DNA of 64,000 bases, from positions 25,234,001 through 25,298,000 of the forward strand of contig OX597838.1 in assembly GCA_951406725.2 (NCBI GenBank), written 5' to 3'. The stretch comes from Octopus vulgaris (lineage: Eukaryota). Below, piece by piece: positions 1-13,227 of this stretch (position 1 is its first letter; every line of letters begins with the position of its first letter). The position numbers and the translations under genes are program-made. The notes beneath the pieces are model-generated. The model did not search any database, was not told the DNA's origin, and saw nothing but the letters and a program-made list of their open reading frames with translations.

Positions 1-429
1 GCTGATTTAAATCCACACTGGTTATCAAGCAGTGGAGGTCAAACACACACACACTATGGGCTTCTTTCAGTTACCATCCTCTAAATCCACTGACAACGCT
101 TTGGACGGCCCAAGGCTATGACAGAAGACGCCCTAGGTGCCAAACAGATACGTACCATTAGTGCTCAGGTCGAATTTGTGTCTAATCTCCGACTTTAAAT
201 GCAGGTGTGTGGGTGCTGACTAAATGAAGATTGTCTACAAGCAATATATTGATTAAGCTGGTATATGAATAATTGAATACAAGGATAGGCTGGTAAATAA
301 CACGTATAGGGGTTAGAATGTGATATGTTTATATTTACACAGCATTTAGAGAAAAATGTATTATGGAGTGTAAATTTGAATTCCGCTGCTCTATGCATTT
401 ATTTTTCTCTATATATTGTACAAAATGTA

Positions 430-800
430 TAGGCGCAGGCGTGGCTTGCTTCCCAACCACATGATTCCGGGTTCAGTCCCATTGCGTGGCACCTCGGGCG
501 GGTGTCTTCTACTATAGCCTCGGCCGGACTAAAGCCTTGCGAGTAGATTTGGTAGACGGAAATTGAAAGAAACCCATCATATATGTGTTTGTGTGTGTGT
601 CCTACCACCACTTGGTAACCAATGTTAGTGTGTTTACGTCACCGTAAGCTAGCGGTTCGGCAAAGAGATTGATAGAATAAGTACCAGGCTTAAAAAAGAT
701 TTTTTAAAAAGACTGGGGACGATTCATTCGACTGAAAACTCTTCAAGGCAGTGCCCCAGCATGGCCACAATTTAATGGCTGAAACAAGTAAAATATAAAA
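430..800 (+). mobile_element. tRNA-derived SINE family A (CORE-like body, internal TA/TG microsatellite)
   Basis: Head aggcgcaggcgtggct..gggttcagtccc, body gtggcacctcgggc..gtgtcttctactatagcc, tail ..cagcatggcc..gaaacaagtaaaa. More than 10 copies in the window. Confidence 0.8.
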
Positions 801-2099
801 ATACGTGCAAAGGTGTGCCCCCACCCCCGATCCGACTTTGTTGCTTTTTAACTTCCAGACAAGGGTATATTTTTTTAATGAAATTTTCTACAAATATGCT
901 TCAAATGGTATAAATTATGATTATATCAGAATTTGTAAAAAAAATTATCTGTGGATGGGAAGAGAAGTTTTGGAAAATTTGAAGAAGTCTCTATTGTTTT
1001 CTAATAACTTACAGAAAAATGGGTGATTTAAAAAATTTTTTTTTTTTTTAAATTCTCTACAAATACTTTTCAAAGTCTGTAGGTTACGATTGTACTGGAA
1101 TTTGATGGGGAAAAAAAAAATTTGATGGGCTTCCACACATAAATACTGACATGAAACTTGAAATTTGGAAAAATATTGTGGCATTTCTTCGATATAACTT
1201 GAGAAGGTCAAGACATTTCACTTCAGATATTTCCGTGGGTTGTGGAGTATAGATATAAGAAATTATGCCAGCAATGTCTCGTTTTAAACTTGAAGAAAAA
1301 AAGCCTCGCATATTTGTTCTTACCTTTTTCATGTGTGTATGTAAAATCCGCAAATTTCCAAGCAGAAAACAGAATCGAACTGTCATTTGCTTCCACAGAA
1401 ATACCCGAATTGAAGTGTTTTGATTTTGTCGAGTTATATCAAAAGAATGCTGAAATTGTGATGTGTGTCAGTCTGTATGTATGCATGCTCATAATTTTTT
1501 TGTCACATTCCGATACAATTGGAATCTACACTGTATTTTTTTTTTAATTTCATTAAGAAAATATCCATTTTTCCGAAAGTTGTGAAGAAACAAAACTGGT
1601 GGGTGGGACACACTTGTGTAGGTATGCTAACGTATGTGTGTATTGGTTTCAAATTTTGGTAGAATGCAAGCAATTTCGGGAAAGGGATAGGTCGATTACA
1701 ATGACCCCCAGTGTTCAACTGGTACTTATTTTATCGACCCTGAAAGGTAAAGTCAACTTCAGTGGAATTTGAACTCGCAATGTAATGACGGACGAAATGC
1801 TGCTAAGCATTTGACTTCTACTCTAGCCTTGGACTAACCAAAGCTAAAATATAATTACTTATTGTACAAAATGTCTTGCAGTATTCCTTCCAGCTCTTTA
1901 CATTTTGATTTTCAAATTCCACTGAGGTTAACTGAGCCTTTCATCCCGCCAGGATCGATGAAATACCAGTGAACTACTAGGGTCATAGTATCACCTAACC
2001 TCATCCTCTTAAAATCACTGGCTTTGTACCTAAATTTTATTAAAAAATTTTTTTTATTTTAGGGACTTTTAAAATTTACCTACTTCTTCAAAAATCACC

Positions 2100-2331
2100 A
2101 TGGGCAACTGGATAAGTGGAACCCAGGATCCAGGAGCTGATGTTGCCACTCCGCCGCCATCAGTGCTTTCCTTACATCAACGATATTCCCTCGATCCTCG
2201 ATCCCCTTCTACATTCTTCAAGCGTACCCCTATCTTGGTGTGTGACAAACCAAATCCAATGCTCGATCCACGATCACCATCTTTTGAAATCAACCGAACC
2301 CCTTTATTCTGTAGCTACCACAAAGAAAATG
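2100..2331 (+). CDS. CDCA3: CDCA3/Tome-1-like protein, coding exon 1
   Basis: ATG at 2100 after an acceptor (tttag at 2062). Translates MGNWISG..DPRSPSTFFKRTPI..DPRSPSFEINRTPL; the paired DPRSP..RTP motifs are typical of CDCA3. Donor G|GTAAG at 2331/2332, phase 1. Confidence 0.8.
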
Positions 2332-2668
2332 GTAAGATTTTTTTTTTCTTTTTTTATCTTTTGGCTCCTTCCCCACCCCACCTCACATCTCATGTCAGAA
2401 GCTAATACCTTTCTTATTTCAGAGGTTCAAATCCTACCCCGATAACCATTTCTCCATTCATGTTCACTATTCACTACATTTCCCTCCACCCATTCACCAC
2501 CCGCCTCTCACATTCTCACAAACTTATTTACCCACCCATACCACATCTCCTTATTCACCTCCCTGCAACTTGAGGGTACACCCTGACACCTCTTTACTAC
2601 CATACCCTTCCTCCAGCTGGGACAACCATGTGTCTCCCATCATCTGGCAAAAAAAAATACAGCCCGTC

Positions 2669-2717
<49 letters not shown>

Positions 2718-2896
2718 CCTCCCAACATCGCTTGACAACCACATGGTTGGTGTGTTTGCATCCCCGTAATTTAGCAGTTTGGCGAAAGGGACTTATTCTT
2801 GTAAGCCTAGTACTTATTCTATTGGTCTCTTTTTCCAAACCAGCATCGGTTGTCAAGCGATGGTGGGGGGACAAACACATACACAAACATAGACAC

Positions 2897-2951
<55 letters not shown>

Positions 2952-3353
2952 ATATCATGGTTCACCTGTCACACCCTCAATACATAGCAGATTTTTCTGG
3001 CTAATATATATAAATTTATATCACAGACTCCTCACTATATCTTGGGTTTCTGTGGCCGATAGGTATTTAGTTTTTTTAATTTTAATTATTTCTCTGGTAA
3101 AATACGCATTTTCACACCTAAAAATTAATAAACTGGTAAATAAAGATACAGTACAGTACTGCACTGTATAACAGTTTAATTAAAATATATTAAAGAAAAT
3201 GTGTAGTGCAGGAGTGGCTGTGTGGTGCGTAGCTTGCATACGAACCACAAGGTTCCGGGTTCATTCCCACTTGGGCAAGTGTCTTCTACTATAACCTCGG
3301 ACCGACCAAAGCCTTGTGAGTGGATTTGATAGACAGATACTGAAAGAAGCCCG

Positions 3354-3403
<50 letters not shown>

Positions 3404-3576
3404 TTGTCCTCCCAACATCGCCTGACAACCGATGCTGGTGTGTTTGCATCCCCGTAACTTAGCAGTTTGGCGAAAGGGACTTATTCTTTGTAAGCCTAGT
3501 ACTTATTCTATGGTCTCTTTTTCCAAACCAGCATCGGTTGTCAAGCGATGGTGGGGGACACAACACGGACTCAAAC

Positions 3577-3627
<51 letters not shown>

Positions 3628-3989
3628 TATCACAGGCTTCTTTCAGTTTCCATCTACCAAATCCACTCACAAGTCTTTGGTCAGCCCGAGGCTATGGTAG
3701 AAGACACTTGCCTAAGGTGCCATGCAGTGGGACTGAACCCTAAACCATGTGGTTCGTAAGCAAGCTACTTGCTACACGGCCACTCCTATGTGATTATTAA
3801 AATATTTTGTATACTGTAGGAGTATGACCAATTTATTGCAGATGAATCTTAACAACAAAATCTTATGTGGACCCCTAAGGGCCAAATGAACTCCAGTTGA
3901 GATCCACTAATATAGAGTTACATATCTTTTCTGTTTGAATTCAAATCCCATTAACATAGTTACCATCATATGTACTTACTTTCTTGTGT

Positions 3990-4530
3990 CGCATGCTTGT
4001 GTGTGTGTGTGCGTATGTGTTGTCTTATTGTGCATGTGTGTGTCTGTTTTGCTAATTATGTGTGTGTGTGTTTCTTCCTTACTGTGCATGTGTGTGTGTT
4101 TCTTGCCTTATTCTGCATGTGTGTATGTCTTGCTTAATGTTTTTTTTTTTGCTTACTGTGAATGTTTATGTGTGTTTCTCATTTACTGTGCATGTGTGTG
4201 TGTGTATGTGTGTTTCTCATTTACTGTACATGCGTGTGTGTGTGTCTTTCTTGCTTAGTGTGTGTATGTGTGTTTCTCATTTACTGTGCATGTGTGTGTG
4301 TGTGTCTTTCTTGCTTAGTGTGTGTATGTGTGTTTTTCATTTACTATGCATGCATGTGTCTTTCTTGCTTAGTGTGTGTGTTTCTCATTTACTGTGTGTG
4401 TGTCTTTCTTGCTTAGTGTGTGTATGTGTGTTTCTCATTTACTGTACATGCGTGTGTGTGTGTGTCTTTCTTGCTTAGTGTGTGTATGTGTGTTTCTCAT
4501 TTACTGTGCATGTGTGTTTGTGTCTTGCAG
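3990..4530 (+). repeat. TG-rich compound tandem repeat, unit about 54-62 bp
   Basis: tgtgtatgtgtgtttctcatttactgtgcatg(tg)nctttcttgcttag repeated about 6 times, with degenerate 5' copies. Confidence 0.85.
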
Positions 4531-4797
4531 TGAATTCAAGAACATATAAATCTCAAATCAGTTTGCATGCATATATGTGCACTCACTTGCAGACAACGGC
4601 ATCTGAGAGAACCATCATCATCAACACTACCACCACCAACAACAACAACCAGCTAAAATGCGTCTTTCTTTGTGTGTGATAGCGTTTGTCTCTTCTGTGT
4701 GCTTCTGGTACTTGTTCTATGTGTTTTTGTGTGTGCTGTGTTGTGTACATCCACCATGCACCCTCTCTCTCTCACCATCCATTTGTCTACTCACCAG

Positions 4798-5193
4798 AGG
4801 TCACAACTACCCAGGTACCGCAACCCGCTACTGCATTCACGTCGTCACCGATGGTAACCAAGATCAAGCCACTGTCCTTCGAGGGGGACAGCGAGAGGGA
4901 GGAGGAAGAGGTGCACGAGAACGAGTCATCATATTTGTCCATCATGTCCGAGCAGAATATCAGCACCCACCACAACATCACCCTGGCTCAGCCGGACTAC
5001 CTAAGTGACCAGATGACCCATCTGGTTGCAGAGTGTTCCATCACAGACAAACCGGACATCTGCTGTGACAGTGACTCCAAACTGGACGACCAAGGTGTCA
5101 GTGTGGCCAAGCTGTCTGAGCCAGACCACTTTAGCAACAGTGTGTCTGAGTCAGGCGTTTGCAGTGACCCTGTTCATCTTCCCTTGGACGAAC
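4798..5193 (+). CDS. CDCA3: CDCA3-like, coding exon 2 (acidic, Ser-rich)
   Basis: Acceptor caccag|, 396 nt open in phase 1-1 (EVTTTQVPQP..PLDE), donor C|GTAAG at 5193/5194. Confidence 0.75.
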
Positions 5194-6287
5194 GTAAGAA
5201 CCTTTTTTTCTTTCTTTTCTGTTATATTGAATCTACAGATCATATAAGAAATATGTCGGGAGCCCTTCCCAAGTCTTAGGCTCATAAGGCTGGTTTCCCC
5301 AGATTCTGTGGTGTATATATTCCCCCACTGGATGGGACGCTAGTCTCCATCATAGGATTACTCACTTTTGCCAGTTGAGTGGACTGGATCAATGTGAACA
5401 GAAGGGTTTTGCTCAAGAACACAACACATCACCCAGTCCAGGAATTGAAACCACAATCTTACAACCATGAGTGTAACACCGTGACCACTGAGCCACATGC
5501 CTCCACCCACATGGCATTTTAGAGACTGTGTATACACGTAGGTTGTGATGGGATGTGTGTATGCATATCATCCTCATTTAATGACCACTGGTGCTGGTGC
5601 ATGTATGGGTCAGACAGAATTTGTTGAGGCAGCGAACTGGTAGAAACAGCACACCGGGCAAAATGCTTAGCGGTATTTCATCTATCTTTACATTCTGAGG
5701 TCGACTTTGCGTTTCTTCCTTTCGGGCTCGATAAATTAAGTAAATTAAGTACCAGTTACGCACTGGGGTCGATGTAATCGAATTAATCCGTCTGTCTGTC
5801 CTTGTTTGTCCCCTCTGTGTGTAGCCTCTTATGGGCAGTAAAGAAATAAGAGTTTGTTGAGGCAATTTTTCTATCACCAGATGCAAGATGGTTGGTGTGA
5901 GGACCAGCTGTAAAAGCCTTGCAAAAACAGACACAGTAGGCTGGGGGTAGTCTTCTACTTGGTCAGCTCCTGTCAACCATCCTATTCATGCCAGCATAGC
6001 AGGCAGACGTTGATGGTGATGGAGAGCTTATTTCAATTTCAATCTACGAAAGCCACTCACAAGGCTTTGATCCGACTGGTGCTAAAGTAGAAAGAAGACT
6101 CTTACCAAGATGCCATGTGCTTGGGGAATGAACTTCGGAACTATACAGCCACATTTGTGCCTGTGTTGCAGTCTCCTGACTCACCATTTCCTGTTGAACC
6201 ATCCAATCCATGCTAACCTTGAAAACAGACATAAAATGGTGTTGCATATATATATATGTGTATGTATGTATATATGTATGTTAATAT

Positions 6288-6486
6288 GCTCTTTTACTTG
6301 TTTAAGTAATTTTGACTGCGGCCATGCTGGAACACCACCTTTGGTTGAGCAAATCGACCCCAGGACTTATTCTTTATAAGCCTAGTACTTATTCTATCAG
6401 CCTCTTTTGCCGAACCGCTAAGTTACAGGGACGTAAACACATCAGCATCAGTTGTCAAGCAATGTTGGGAGGACAAACATAGACAC

Positions 6487-6539
<53 letters not shown>

Positions 6540-6702
6540 TATATATGACAGGCTTCTTTCAGTTTCCGTCTACCAAATCCACTCACAAAGCTTTGGTCTG
6601 CCCGAGGCTATAGTAGAAAACACTTGCCCAAGGTGCCATGCAGTGGGACTGAACCCAGGACCATGTGGTTGGTAAGCAAGCTACTTGCCCCACTGCCACT
6701 CA
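6288..6702 (-). mobile_element. SINE family A, near full-length
   Basis: Reverse complement of the same head, microsatellite and tail. Confidence 0.8.
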
Positions 6703-6960
6703 TTTGTTTATTTCCAACCACTGCTTGTTGGTTTGTTTACATTCCCATTCATTAGCAGTTTGACCAAAGAGGCCAATAGAATTAGTACCAGGCTTTAAAT
6801 AAAAAAGAGGTACTAAAACCCTTCGAGATGGTGCTCCAGCATGACCATTGTCCGACGACCGAAACAAATAGAAAATTAAGACTTGTTGTTGGCAGGGTAG
6901 AGGTATTCGTTTTATTGCTTGTTTTTTTTTATTTTATTTATTTATTTATTTATTTTCCAG

Positions 6961-7149
6961 AAGTTTCCACAGAAATTGCAGAGAACAAACAAAAGGAAAC
7001 TGAAGATGGAAATCTGGAGAAGAACCAATGCAGTGATGGGGATGAGGTTACAGATGTGACTGGTGATGTGATGAATATGGATGTAGGCAGTGATGGTAGT
7101 TACATAAACAGTAACGCTACTCCTACTGCAACTAATGATGCTACTATTA

Positions 7150-7180
<31 letters not shown>

Positions 7181-7685
7181 CGTAACTTGTACCGATGCTG
7201 GTCATAAGCAGCAGTTGTTTTCGGTTGGTGCCCCTGACCGGAAGGAGAGAAGCAAGGTTAGCAGCATCCCACTCGCAGTGAAAAAAAAGACAAGGACAGA
7301 GATGGAGGTTGGTCTGTCGGCATTTGACAACTGCGACGAGAAGAAGACATCAATGTCCCTGCAACAACATCACAACAACAACATCTACAAAAATAAGAAG
7401 ACAACGAAAGCAGTGGTTGCTGCTGCTACTACAGCTGGTGGTCAAGGTGGTGTTGTCTCTGGTGTTCGGTCACCACTGCAAAGTCGAAATTGTGGAAGCG
7501 TCATCACTGGCAACAATAGGTATCGGTCATCTCTGGCTAAGATGCCGGCTCGAGCCAACACCAATTCTACTGTCGGAGCAGTTGTAAAAACGGTTTCTAA
7601 GCCTGTTTTCAATTGGGGTCTTGAATCTAGCGAAGTCAAGTTTGTTCATGATAAAGAAAACATGTCCATTCAGTGGCCAAAGTGA
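6961..7685 (+). CDS. CDCA3: CDCA3-like, terminal coding exon with D-box-like RSPL and KEN box
   Basis: Strong acceptor (tttttccag at 6960), phase 1. Contains RSPLQSRN and C-terminal DKEN, as in CDCA3. TGA ends at 7685. Spliced CDS 232+396+725=1353 nt, 450 aa. Confidence 0.8.
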
Positions 7686-8452
7686 TTGCACCACCCCTAA
7701 ACTCAGTCATGACTTTTCTCTCTCACTCCTTCTCTTTCCTTTTCTTTTGCTCTTTCTCTCTCTCTCTCTCTCCCTCACATTTTTCTTTTCTTTTACATGA
7801 AGACTGTCTGTGACAACTCGAATTTTTAGCCTATCGACTTCATCCTATACTGCCTTTAGAATGGTACGTTCTTCAACAATCTTCTGTTGGAATACTCACC
7901 CACAGAGACACCTACATGGGTACATATGTACATACATACATACATATATGTATGCACGTATATATGTATATAAAGCCTTGTCTTCAGTTGGTGCTCTTGA
8001 CTGGAAGGAGAACAGCAATGTCAGCAGTACACCAGTGAACTTGCTGCGAGGGGTGGACAAATCCAACGTTTTGGACACATTCAGTCATCAGAGGAAAAGT
8101 TAAAAGGAAAGAAATTCATGAGAAACAGCTGAGTTTAACATCCTTTGAGTTAAGAAAAGAGATTTTCGGTTTAGAGGATGGAAAATTCTGCTGTTTATCA
8201 TTAATTTCTCTCCTTTTAACTTTTTTTCCCTGAAAAAGGACCGTGTTGAAAACATTGGATTTTCCACCCCTCATAGCAAGACCCCTGTACTCTTTAACAA
8301 TTTCACTAAGTCTTGCTGATACAGAACACAACCAACTTCATTGGAGTCTGATTGATCATATGTTATACACACACAGAGTAGAGATTAATATATTTTATTT
8401 TAGTCGAGTTATTCTCTTGCTACTCTAGCAAGAGACTGTGTTGACCGACCAC

Positions 8453-8565
<113 letters not shown>

Positions 8566-8652
8566 CATACATAAGTATATATATACACACACACATAGTA
8601 GAGACTGTTTTATTTTAATCAAATCAGTAGCTTGATTGACTGTCTTGACCCA

Positions 8653-8701
<49 letters not shown>

Positions 8702-9343
8702 TGCACATAATTGTCATTTGACTGGGTTTGAACTCATTGTCTGTTTGTTCCTAAATGCACTGTCTCGTCCTTGAGCCACCATTTCAGTTCAGCGTTTGCA
8801 ATAGTTGGATTTTCAAGTCCAGTAAAAAATTTTGTGTTTGTGCGCAAGTATATATTTGTGTATATGTGCACGCCAGTATTTATGTGTGTGTGTGTCTCTC
8901 TAATAATTAACAAACCTCATGGAGAATGGGAAGTTGCTTACAAATTTTAATATTTGTTTTTTATCTTCTACTGAGACTTTAATGAATTATTTTTATGTAT
9001 TATTCGGTCAGTATATACACATATTCAATCAACTTCCTTGTCTGAAGTGGTCCCTTTGAGCTCTTTTATTTCTATATGTTGAGTATATATGCAAGTGAAT
9101 ACATTACCAACTGGACGCATGTCAAATGGAGAAGGAAAGTATTCACTTCAAGCAGATGTTGCGAAAGTCTGAAGAATTTTAGTTGTCAAAAATCTAGACA
9201 TTTTTACACTGTGTATACAATGCATGAACTTTTAGCTATGTTTTATGTATGTATCTGTGTGTATGTATATTCTTTTACATGTTTCAGCCCAGATGCTGTG
9301 GTCATGCTACAGCACACCATATGTGTGTATGTATATATGTGTT

Positions 9344-9386
<43 letters not shown>

Positions 9387-10974
9387 GAGTGAGTGGACAA
9401 ATGAAAGAAACACATTGTATACGTACACCACACACATTATATACATATACACATACATCCCACTGCGTAGATGTATGTATATGCTTTGCAGTATTTGATG
9501 TACTGAGTTCAAATCGTGCTGACGTCCACTTCGCTTTTCACCCTTTCGGGGTCGATAGATCATAGTACTAGTCATGTACTGGGGTTGATAGTATTAACTA
9601 ACCCCTTGAAAATTGCTGGACTTGCACCTAAATTGACAGTAGATTAGCGGAATCGGTAAAGTGTCAGACAAAATACTTTGCAGTATTTCTTCTGGAAGTT
9701 CATGTTCTGAGTTCAAATCCTGCAGCGGTAAATTTTGATTTTCCCTTTTTTTTGGGGAGATCTTCCAAATATGAAGAATTCTTCTTTTCACTTATAGTCA
9801 GGTACTGGGTGTTGATGGAATTGACTAACCTCGTCCCACGCCTCAAAATTGATGCCTTTTTGCCTAAATTAGAAACAATTACTACACACACATAGTCATA
9901 TTATGCACTCTTAATCTCAGACATACAGGTTATCTCCTGAGTTTCATAAACGTTGCATTCCTGAAAATGTCTGCTGTCTCTCCCTAAACTCCATATAACA
10001 TGGAGGCCAGTGAGGAACATATTTTGCGTTGCAGAATTCCACATTTTGGCAACATTTTTCAGGAATATAATGCAGTGGAGATGCTTGTATATGAATATAA
10101 ATTCAATAATGGTGAGTCAAATTTCTTCCAACTACTGGAACCAATATAAACAACCCCACCCCTTTTTTTTAAAATCAAAAACCACTTTAGACATATGTAT
10201 TTATGTATGTAGTTTTTTTTCTTCTTCTTTATATTTTATATGTATATATAAATTATTTTTTATCAATTTATTTTTCTCTTTCCTTATGTTTCTTTATTCA
10301 TTCTCTCTTGTGAATGGTTCTTGTATATAGAATATTGGTAAATCGTCTCTTTAACTTTTTAGCTTTCAAATCAGTCATATTCAGCCCAAATACTATACCC
10401 GTTTTATGTGCAAACCAGCAAGATCCAACCTCTCACACGTACCCCATCACATCATTGAAATCATCATTTAGCGTCCGCTTTCCATGCTAGCATGGGTTGG
10501 ACGGTTCAACTGGGGTCTGGGAAGCCAGAAGGCTGCATCAGGCCCAGTCTGATCTGGCAGTGTTTCTACGGCTGGATGCCCTTCCTAACGCCAACCGCTC
10601 CGTGAGTGTAGTGGGTGCTTTTTACGTGCCACCCGCACAGGTGCCAGACGGAGCTGGCAAACGGCCACGGACGGATGGTGCTTTTTACGTGCCACCGGCA
10701 CGGGGCCAGGCTGGCGTGGCCACAAACGGATGGAGCTTTTTATGTCACGGCGGCACTGGCAACGGTCACAAACGGATGGTGGTGCCAGACGAGTCTGGTA
10801 AATCTCAAATCTAAATAATACATAATTAATTCAAACGCAATATGAATAAATAAGCATTACTCTTGACAAGGGAACTCTGAATGCTAAAAGGTTAAGTATC
10901 TCTGAACCTGTGACACTTCCTGAGGGTTCACAGAGGAAAGGATTGGCAGAGCTGCCAATGCTGGACAAAATACC

Positions 10975-11990
10975 TTCATCAACATCTGTTGTCCATGCTG
11001 GCATAGGTTGGACGGTTTGACGAGGGCTGGTAAGCTGAGGGGCTGCACCAGACTCCAGTCTGATTTGGCATGGTTTTTTACGGCTGGATGCCCTTCCTAA
11101 CGCCAACCACTCCAAGAGTGCAAAGGGTGCTTTGTATGTGCCACCGGCACAGATGCTAGTTACGTGACCCCAGCATCAGCCACGTTGCCTCTGCAAGGCC
11201 CAATGCTCAAATGATACTTTTTACATGCCATCAGCATGGCTGCCGGTTACAGGACACCAGCATTGGCCACAACTACGGTTTTTTTACTTGGCTTGATGGG
11301 TCTTCTCAAGCACAGCATATCGCCAAAGGTCTCAGTCACTAGCCATTGTCTCTGTGAGATCCAAGGTTTGACGATCATGCTTCACTACCTTGTCCCATGT
11401 CTTCCTGAGTCTACCTCTACCATAGGTTCCCTCTACAGAGTTTGGCACTTCTTTTCACAGCTGTCCTCGTCCATATGCATCACATGACCATACCAGTGCA
11501 GTCGTCTCTCTTGCACACCACACCTGATGCCCCTTATGCTTAACTTTTCTATCAAGATGCTTACACTTTGTCATACATGCACACTGGCAATGCACATCCA
11601 GCAAAGCATTCTAGCATCAATTCCCATGTTTCACTGCCCTGTGGCATAGCTGTTCACAGCCTCTTCTTATTCTCACAGCTACACTCTTGGAGCATCCACC
11701 TCCACTGATGACTTGGTCACCTAAATAACAGAAGCTATCAACTACCTCTAGCTTACCCCACTGGCAGTTGATAGAGTCTATCTTCTGTACATTTTCGATG
11801 TTTATTGTACCTTTGCACCTTCCACACACTCAAAGTATTTTCCCAATTAATCTTCCTCTGATATTGCTGCACCTCTTATGTGTCCATAGCTTGCACTGAG
11901 TACATCTTATGGAGTTTCTACCTACACCTTTCCTACAGACCAACCAGGGCCATCTACCTGAAGGGATTTGTGATTTGACTGCTTTCTTGC
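10975..11990 (-). mobile_element. RTE-clade LINE 3' fragment (ORF C-terminus plus 3'UTR)
   Basis: Decayed CRKGVGRNSIRCTQCKLWTHKRC..CGRC, LEVVDSFCYLGD and C-terminal DLWRYAVLEKT. Then the 3'UTR ggaagggcatcc..catggacaacagatgtt. Confidence 0.75.
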
Positions 11991-12996
11991 TTGCTCTTTA
12001 CATTGTTTTCAGATCCCACTGAGGTCATCCTTGCCTTTCATCCATCTCAAGTAGATAAGATAGTATACCAGTCTGGGGGGTGATCTTATTAACTAACCTT
12101 ATCCCTCAGAAAACACCTGAGATCAAACCCCTTCAGACAGAACATCTCTTTCCGTTATTCTGGTGAGGCTATTGAAATAAGTACCTTCTTAGTATTGGCA
12201 TTAATTAAAACAACTAACTACCCATTCCTACGGCAATTGTGGATTTGTACCTAGTGTATTGTGGTATTAGTTACAGCTCTTTACATACTGTGTTCACATT
12301 GCACCAGAGTCAACTTTGCCTTTTGGCAGACAACCAGATCAAGTGATTTTGGCCTGATTTGGTCTTTTCAATAACAGACACCAAGTGGCTGCAAATAGCA
12401 ATAAACTGCCACGCTAGCATCATATACATAGAAATACAGAGCCAAAACAAGCACTAATGTCACTAAAGACCAGTTGCATCTCTCTGGCAGGCCAGTCCTA
12501 CAAGCGGAAGGGGTTGTACGACTTGCCTTGCTAAGTATTTGCTCCAGAATCAGCATAACTGACAATTTTTTATACTTTTTATTTGTGTGCGTATTTTACC
12601 TTCGACTGAATTTTAAAAGAAAATAAAAAGTAAAGAAACAGCCTAAGCTTTATATACATCTGAATGTCAGTATATTTCAATATGTATAAAAAACAAAAAC
12701 CCTATAAAGGGAGATTATGTTGCAAAAATGTTCAAACAGAGTAGTCTTCTCTTGTTTTATTAATTATTATTATATATATATATATATATATACCCCAATT
12801 TTTTTTTTCAAAAACACATTTTAGTGTTTGTGAGAAAGTAATAAAAATTGTCAAAAACCCTGAAACCCTTTCATACATTAAATATTGTTTTGATTTCTTA
12901 AAAACCCATTCTCAAAATAGTTTATTTAAAAGTTTGTTAGGTGTTAGTATGGAGGTGAGGAAAAAAAAAAAGAAAGAGAAATCAGTCCCACAGAAC

Positions 12997-13227
12997 CTAG
13001 CTTTGGGAGAGTGCTAGCTTCTCATCAGGTTTCCCTTCGCTGGTGCCAGTCAACGTACTGAAAGTGATGCCAGCTTGTTTCGATAAGTCCCTGTGAGTGC
13101 CAATAATTTTCTCCATCAACTGTATTTCCATGTCTCGTTTCTCAACATTCTCAATAGGAGTCCAAGATTGGTCGTGCTCCAGGCGGAAAGCACCAATGAA
13201 ATCATTTGAACACGTTGGTCCCCATTC
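12997..13227 (-). CDS. C1orf50: C1orf50/DUF2452-like, terminal exon
   Basis: ttacag| EWGPTCSNDFIGAFRLEHDQSWTPIENVEKRD..LSQS TAG. Not in the ORF track. Total CDS 606 nt, 201 aa. Confidence 0.88.
   Translation of the reverse strand, partial: EWGPTCSNDFIGAFRLEHDQSWTPIENVEKRDMEIQLMEKIIGTHRDLSKQAGITFSTLTGTSEGKPDEKLALSQS

Noticed and set aside
4593-4671. Alternative CDCA3 exon using the acceptor at 4592 or a donor at 4672
   Set aside because: Phase-1 splicing yields an in-frame TGA, or creates TAG at the next junction.
8058-8097. Hammerhead-like CTGATGA..AAAACGTT on the minus strand downstream of the CDCA3 stop
   Set aside because: GAAA is absent and stem II does not pair convincingly.
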